From Amoebidium appalachense (lineage: Eukaryota > Protista > Ichthyosporea): 64,000 nt of DNA. Below are positions 55,534 to 64,000 of this stretch, piece by piece. Made by a program: the position numbers and the translations under genes. How positions within the stretch are numbered: position 1 is the first letter of the stretch; every line of letters begins with the position of its first letter. Location: contig CAVNZM010000002.1 of the NCBI GenBank assembly GCA_963693365.1, positions 16,277,615 to 16,341,614 of the forward strand, given 5' to 3'. The notes beneath the pieces are model-generated. The model had not been told where the DNA came from, searched no databases, and worked only from the letters and a program-made list of their open reading frames with translations.

Positions 55534-56633
55534 CTCCCCTCCCCGGGCCCCGGGTTCCTTCGGCCACCATACTGGGCCCAATGCAACTGGTAGGCGCTGT
55601 GAATGCAACGGCCAAACTAAATTAGCACGCACGGCCTCAGGTGCCATTGTGGTCGACATTTTCGAGGACAGCCACAGTTATTCTAAGAGATGGTTTGTTG
55701 CCTTCTGCGTGCTTTTGTATTTACTGAAAGCCATCGATAGATAATCATTGGTGTATAGCCAACAGGGTGCCCTGTGGTAGACTTCAACCATATGCACAGG
55801 GAACCATACGCACAGGGCAAGGTTGGGGAGAGTGATTTAGGCAAGGAAGAGGTAGCTGGGAGCTAAAAGCAGCCAAAAAGGCAGTGTGCGTGTGCGTGTG
55901 CGTGTGTGTGTGTGGGGGGGGGGGGAAAAGGAGGGAGGGAGGGAGAGTGAGAAAGAGACAGAGAGAGAGAAAATAGAGAGAGGCTTTATAGAGAGAGGGT
56001 GGGAGAGAGGGGGGGGGGGGGGGGAAGCGAGAGAGAGAGAGAGAGAGGGAGAGGGAGAGGGAGAGAGAGAGAGAGGAAAAAAAGGGATGGGGAGAGAAAG
56101 AGAGCGAAAGGTGTATGAAAAACGCCTCTGTACACCTACCTCATGTCCCTGGGACATCTCCAATCCAGATCCCTTCATCCCGGCGCTCTTTTAGAAATCC
56201 TCTTCCTGCCTCCGCTTTCCCCCCTCCTCTTACATGTACTGTCACCCTAAACAATCCACAGTCTCTTCCCCCAATGTCCTGCCGTTGGCAGTATGAACTT
56301 TTGTGCGTGCATGTGGCACGTCATGGCCGTAAAGAACCTCCAGATAAGAGAAGAAACTTGGAAAATAACCTAAATAAGTCGTTTCCTCTACGATGATCCT
56401 ATAGACCAACTGCGTGAGTGTGATTATGGGGATGAGACACTCCTCAAGTGCAAGGAGAACAGTAGCTTGTGACTAAAAATTTGAAGGACTGTTTCAACCT
56501 TCGAATTACGTATACCCTTATCAAACTGTACAAGCATTTCCACCTGAGCATAGCCTAAGCGAGTAAAAATTCCCTCAGCAGAGCACATGAACCCCCTCTC
56601 TCCCTGAAAAGACCCTCTGGGTGGTCTTGTGTG

Positions 56634-56673
56634 AGAGTATACGACTTCGCTTGAGAGTATACGACTTCGCTTG
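56634..56673 (+). repeat. 20-bp tandem duplication upstream of the nucleoplasmin-like gene
   Basis: GAGAGTATACGACTTCGCTT x2. Confidence 0.8.
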
Positions 56674-57103
56674 AATCCAAACGTGCCACCGTGCCGATCT
56701 GATCATCGTGCAAGGCCAAGCAAGTAGTAAACATTACCTAAGGCTCGAAATGCTCGCGTCTTTACCCAACACATACATATACAAGACCGGTGCCTTCAAA
56801 ACACGGTTTCTTTCGTAAATGTTTCGTTTCAAAGGTTTCAAGGGGCCAAAAAAAAAAAAAAAAAAAAAAAAATGCTCAGGAGTCAGCTCAGCTACGTGAA
56901 TTTTTTTGAACTTGAGCAACCAATCGAATACGCCATCAGGATTGTTCTGGCGCGAAAATCCTTGATTCGAATGATACACGTGGTCACTCGCAGTACTCAC
57001 AGATCTAGATAGAAGGCGTCAACGTCAGTCTTAAGCAGAGAAGAGTCGCTCGTTTTTCAATAACTCGGATAGTAATCCTTCGCCCGGTTTTACACTCGTG
57101 GAA

Positions 57104-63901
<6,798 letters not shown>

Positions 63902-64000
63902 GTAGGGGGTGTGTGTGTGTGGGGGGGGGAGGGGGGAGGACGGGGGTTGTGGGTGGGTGGGTGTGGGTGTGTGGTGGGGAATGTGTGGGTGGGTGATTGT

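Overview
Intron-rich eukaryotic DNA, probably a unicellular holozoan or other opisthokont (inferred from gene content only). Introns are packed with (CA)n/(GT)n microsatellites and long poly-C/poly-G tracts, which generate almost all ORFs in the supplied track. Manual splice reconstruction gives: ING4/5-like (- strand, 3' end off-window), PHF12/Rco1-like double-PHD protein, SETD8/KMT5A H4K20 methyltransferase, a tentative orphan multi-exon gene (- strand), a C2orf69-like protein, a USP53/54-family deubiquitinase with an MIU-like motif and a PH domain, and a nucleoplasmin-like-domain protein (3' end off-window). There are two intronic tRNAs (Pro-AGG, Asp-GTC) and several MITE-like elements. The most striking feature is a dispersed non-coding element, seen as about 9 copies or fragments. 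It has two diverged subfamilies that share a covarying RNA helix plus pseudoknot. Copies are 5'-truncated, end in ...GCATTCAAA + poly(C), sit in or next to poly-C tracts, and are all sense-oriented in introns. It is a candidate poly(C)-tailed structured retroelement. Introns also show an unusual architecture: (CA)n often replaces the polypyrimidine tract, and poly-C or (GT)n follows the donors.
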